Shown here piece by piece: positions 62,651 to 64,000 of a stretch of DNA of 64,000 nt. The position numbers were made by a program, and so were the translations under genes. Below the pieces are notes generated by a model that saw only the letters and a list, made by a program, of their open reading frames with translations, was not told the DNA's origin and searched no databases. The DNA is taken from positions 32,001-96,000 of IMG/VR virus record IMGVR_UViG_3300021979_000004; one strand, written 5' to 3'. The stretch is from a virus. Taxonomy: Duplodnaviria; Caudoviricetes. Numbering within the stretch: the first letter of the stretch is position 1; each line of letters opens with the position of its first letter.

Positions 62651-63685
62651 TCAATTCTCTTCTGTTATTGAATCAATTCCCTTCTTAATCTTCATGTAAT
62701 TAAGGACTTTAGAAGGACTATACCGTACATGCCCACTATTATCAAGCTTTGCATCTTTTAAGTGCCGCACAATTTTATCTGTGTTACGTCTCTTTAACAC
62801 TAACTGATTGATAATTCGTGTTTTATCATCATTAGACACTTTTGAAATTCCAGTAAACTTGCAACCTTTATGCTCAAGGAATGTGTTACTGACCATAGCC
62901 AAGTCTTGCATACGTGATATCAATGCCTCCATGTGATATTCAATCACTGATTCATAATTACTTTCCTTGAGATTATTAATCACACGACTGGAATCACCTT
63001 TCAAAAATGAAAACTTCAAATACAAAGACAGAAGTGCATTGGGCATCTTACCATTTCTGATATTCTTTTCGTAATATTCAGAACCTTTAACAATAGAATT
63101 CTTAAAGAATTCCAGTGACAGCTTAGTCAGAATTTGATCTTTCATCATTCCATTAATAATTTCCCGATACTCTTCTGTACTGGTTTCATTATAAAGCATT
63201 TCTTTTGCTTTAGTAAACTCTTCGCGTGTCTTATCGTTCTCCACTTGATTTAGATACTTATCAAATTTGAGAAGATGACGTGCACATTCTTTGCCATACT
63301 TTTTATAAATTTTTACTAACTTCTTCTTGTAACATTTTAAAAAGTAATTTAACTCATCTACGTTTGAGATATGTAGCAAGTCCGCATCAATATAGTAATC
63401 CATGATGTGACTATCAATCCAAAGGTATAAGGAATACGATACAAATACCGTGAGCATATCAAGAGTTTGAAAGCACTCTGGGATTTCTCCGTTTTTGACA
63501 CACTCAGATACAGTTTCGTAATCAATATATTTTGAGATAACACCTATACACTCTTTGTTTCTACTAAGGCTTATATCAGTCATAGGCTGACTATCCATGG
63601 GATTATTCTTTCTAAGCTTCTTCAAAGAATCGATTTTGAAGTTCTCAGCAGTAAGCATATAGTTATATCTAATAAAAAGATTCAT
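62651..63685 (-). CDS. KLK-motif family protein, large helical subtype (VLNYMKIKK)
   Basis: 344-aa ORF. Confidence 0.8.
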   Translation of the reverse strand: MNLFIRYNYMLTAENFKIDSLKKLRKNNPMDSQPMTDISLSRNKECIGVISKYIDYETVSECVKNGEIPECFQTLDMLTVFVSYSLYLWIDSHIMDYYIDADLLHISNVDELNYFLKCYKKKLVKIYKKYGKECARHLLKFDKYLNQVENDKTREEFTKAKEMLYNETSTEEYREIINGMMKDQILTKLSLEFFKNSIVKGSEYYEKNIRNGKMPNALLSLYLKFSFLKGDSSRVINNLKESNYESVIEYHMEALISRMQDLAMVSNTFLEHKGCKFTGISKVSNDDKTRIINQLVLKRRNTDKIVRHLKDAKLDNSGHVRYSPSKVLNYMKIKKGIDSITEEN

Positions 63686-63978
63686 TACACTTCCTTATAC
63701 TTAATAATTGACATTATCTTTAGTAAGAATGATACCATGTAATACACAATACAAGCAATGATAATATGACCAACAGATGACATCATTACAGCCGGATTAT
63801 AAAATATTGCAGCATTTACGAATATTGAAATAATAAGCATAAACGAGAGAAACATTACGGTCCTAAAGATCATAGTAACATTATAAATCAATCTCAGTTT
63901 CTTATTATGGGTCTTATCTTGTGTGTCTGATAGAGAGACTTTCGATGTATCCATTACTAGACTAACATTATTAATCAC
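63685..63978 (-). CDS. two-TM membrane protein
   Basis: Hydrophobic C-terminal half. Confidence 0.65.
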   Translation of the reverse strand: MINNVSLVMDTSKVSLSDTQDKTHNKKLRLIYNVTMIFRTVMFLSFMLIISIFVNAAIFYNPAVMMSSVGHIIIACIVYYMVSFLLKIMSIIKYKEV

Positions 63979-64000
63979 AAAGTTTGACTCAGTGTCAATA

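Noticed and set aside
33018-63543. Numerous 60-100-aa antisense ORFs nested in longer genes (e.g. 33153, 33701, 40133, 41066, 45076, 54749, 57720, 61704)
   Set aside because: They fully overlap better-supported genes on the opposite strand or frame and have no RBS or recognisable motifs.
1-64000. Stop-codon reassignment (alternative genetic code)
   Set aside because: Standard-code ORFs tile the window tightly, TAA, TAG and TGA all end coupled genes, and no CUA/UCA suppressor tRNA was seen.
1-64000. N-terminal half of the terminase (Walker A) or the IntN partner
   Set aside because: No ORF with an RQxGK[ST]-type motif or a C-terminal intein block A was found in the track; a very short unlisted ORF cannot supply the missing ATPase domain.
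1-64000. rRNA genes, integrase or IS transposase
   Set aside because: No recognisable sequence or motifs.

Overview
A 64-kb, AT-rich segment of a large (probably jumbo) T4-related tailed phage read with the standard genetic code. It uses sigma70-type early promoters (TTGACA-17-TATAAT), TAAATA-type late promoters and rrn-like boxA sites, so the host is probably a proteobacterium (inference). Layout: (1) 1-12 kb: tRNA/ncRNA cluster with 5 intact tRNAs, several degenerate or permuted tRNA-like elements, many unexplained structured RNAs and 3 tRNA-adjacent HNH genes. (2) Runs of small early hypothetical genes. (3) Auxiliary genes tilS, def, clpP, nadV (NAMPT), YqeY, ATP-grasp and ferritin-like. 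(4) Several Asn/Ser/Thr/Tyr-rich beta-propeller or fibre-like late genes. (5) The C-terminal half of a terminase large subunit, which starts with an atypically split intein C-fragment and carries a second cis intein. The most striking unexplained features are a 7-kb tandem array of 17 early genes with divergent bodies but a shared C-terminal N-x-hydrophobic-K-[LIM]-K-x-P motif (about 13 more genes in the window carry a version of it), the fractured terminase, and a promoter/boxA-driven ~1.1-kb cassette of structured non-coding RNAs. All family assignments come from motif recognition by eye, not from database searches.
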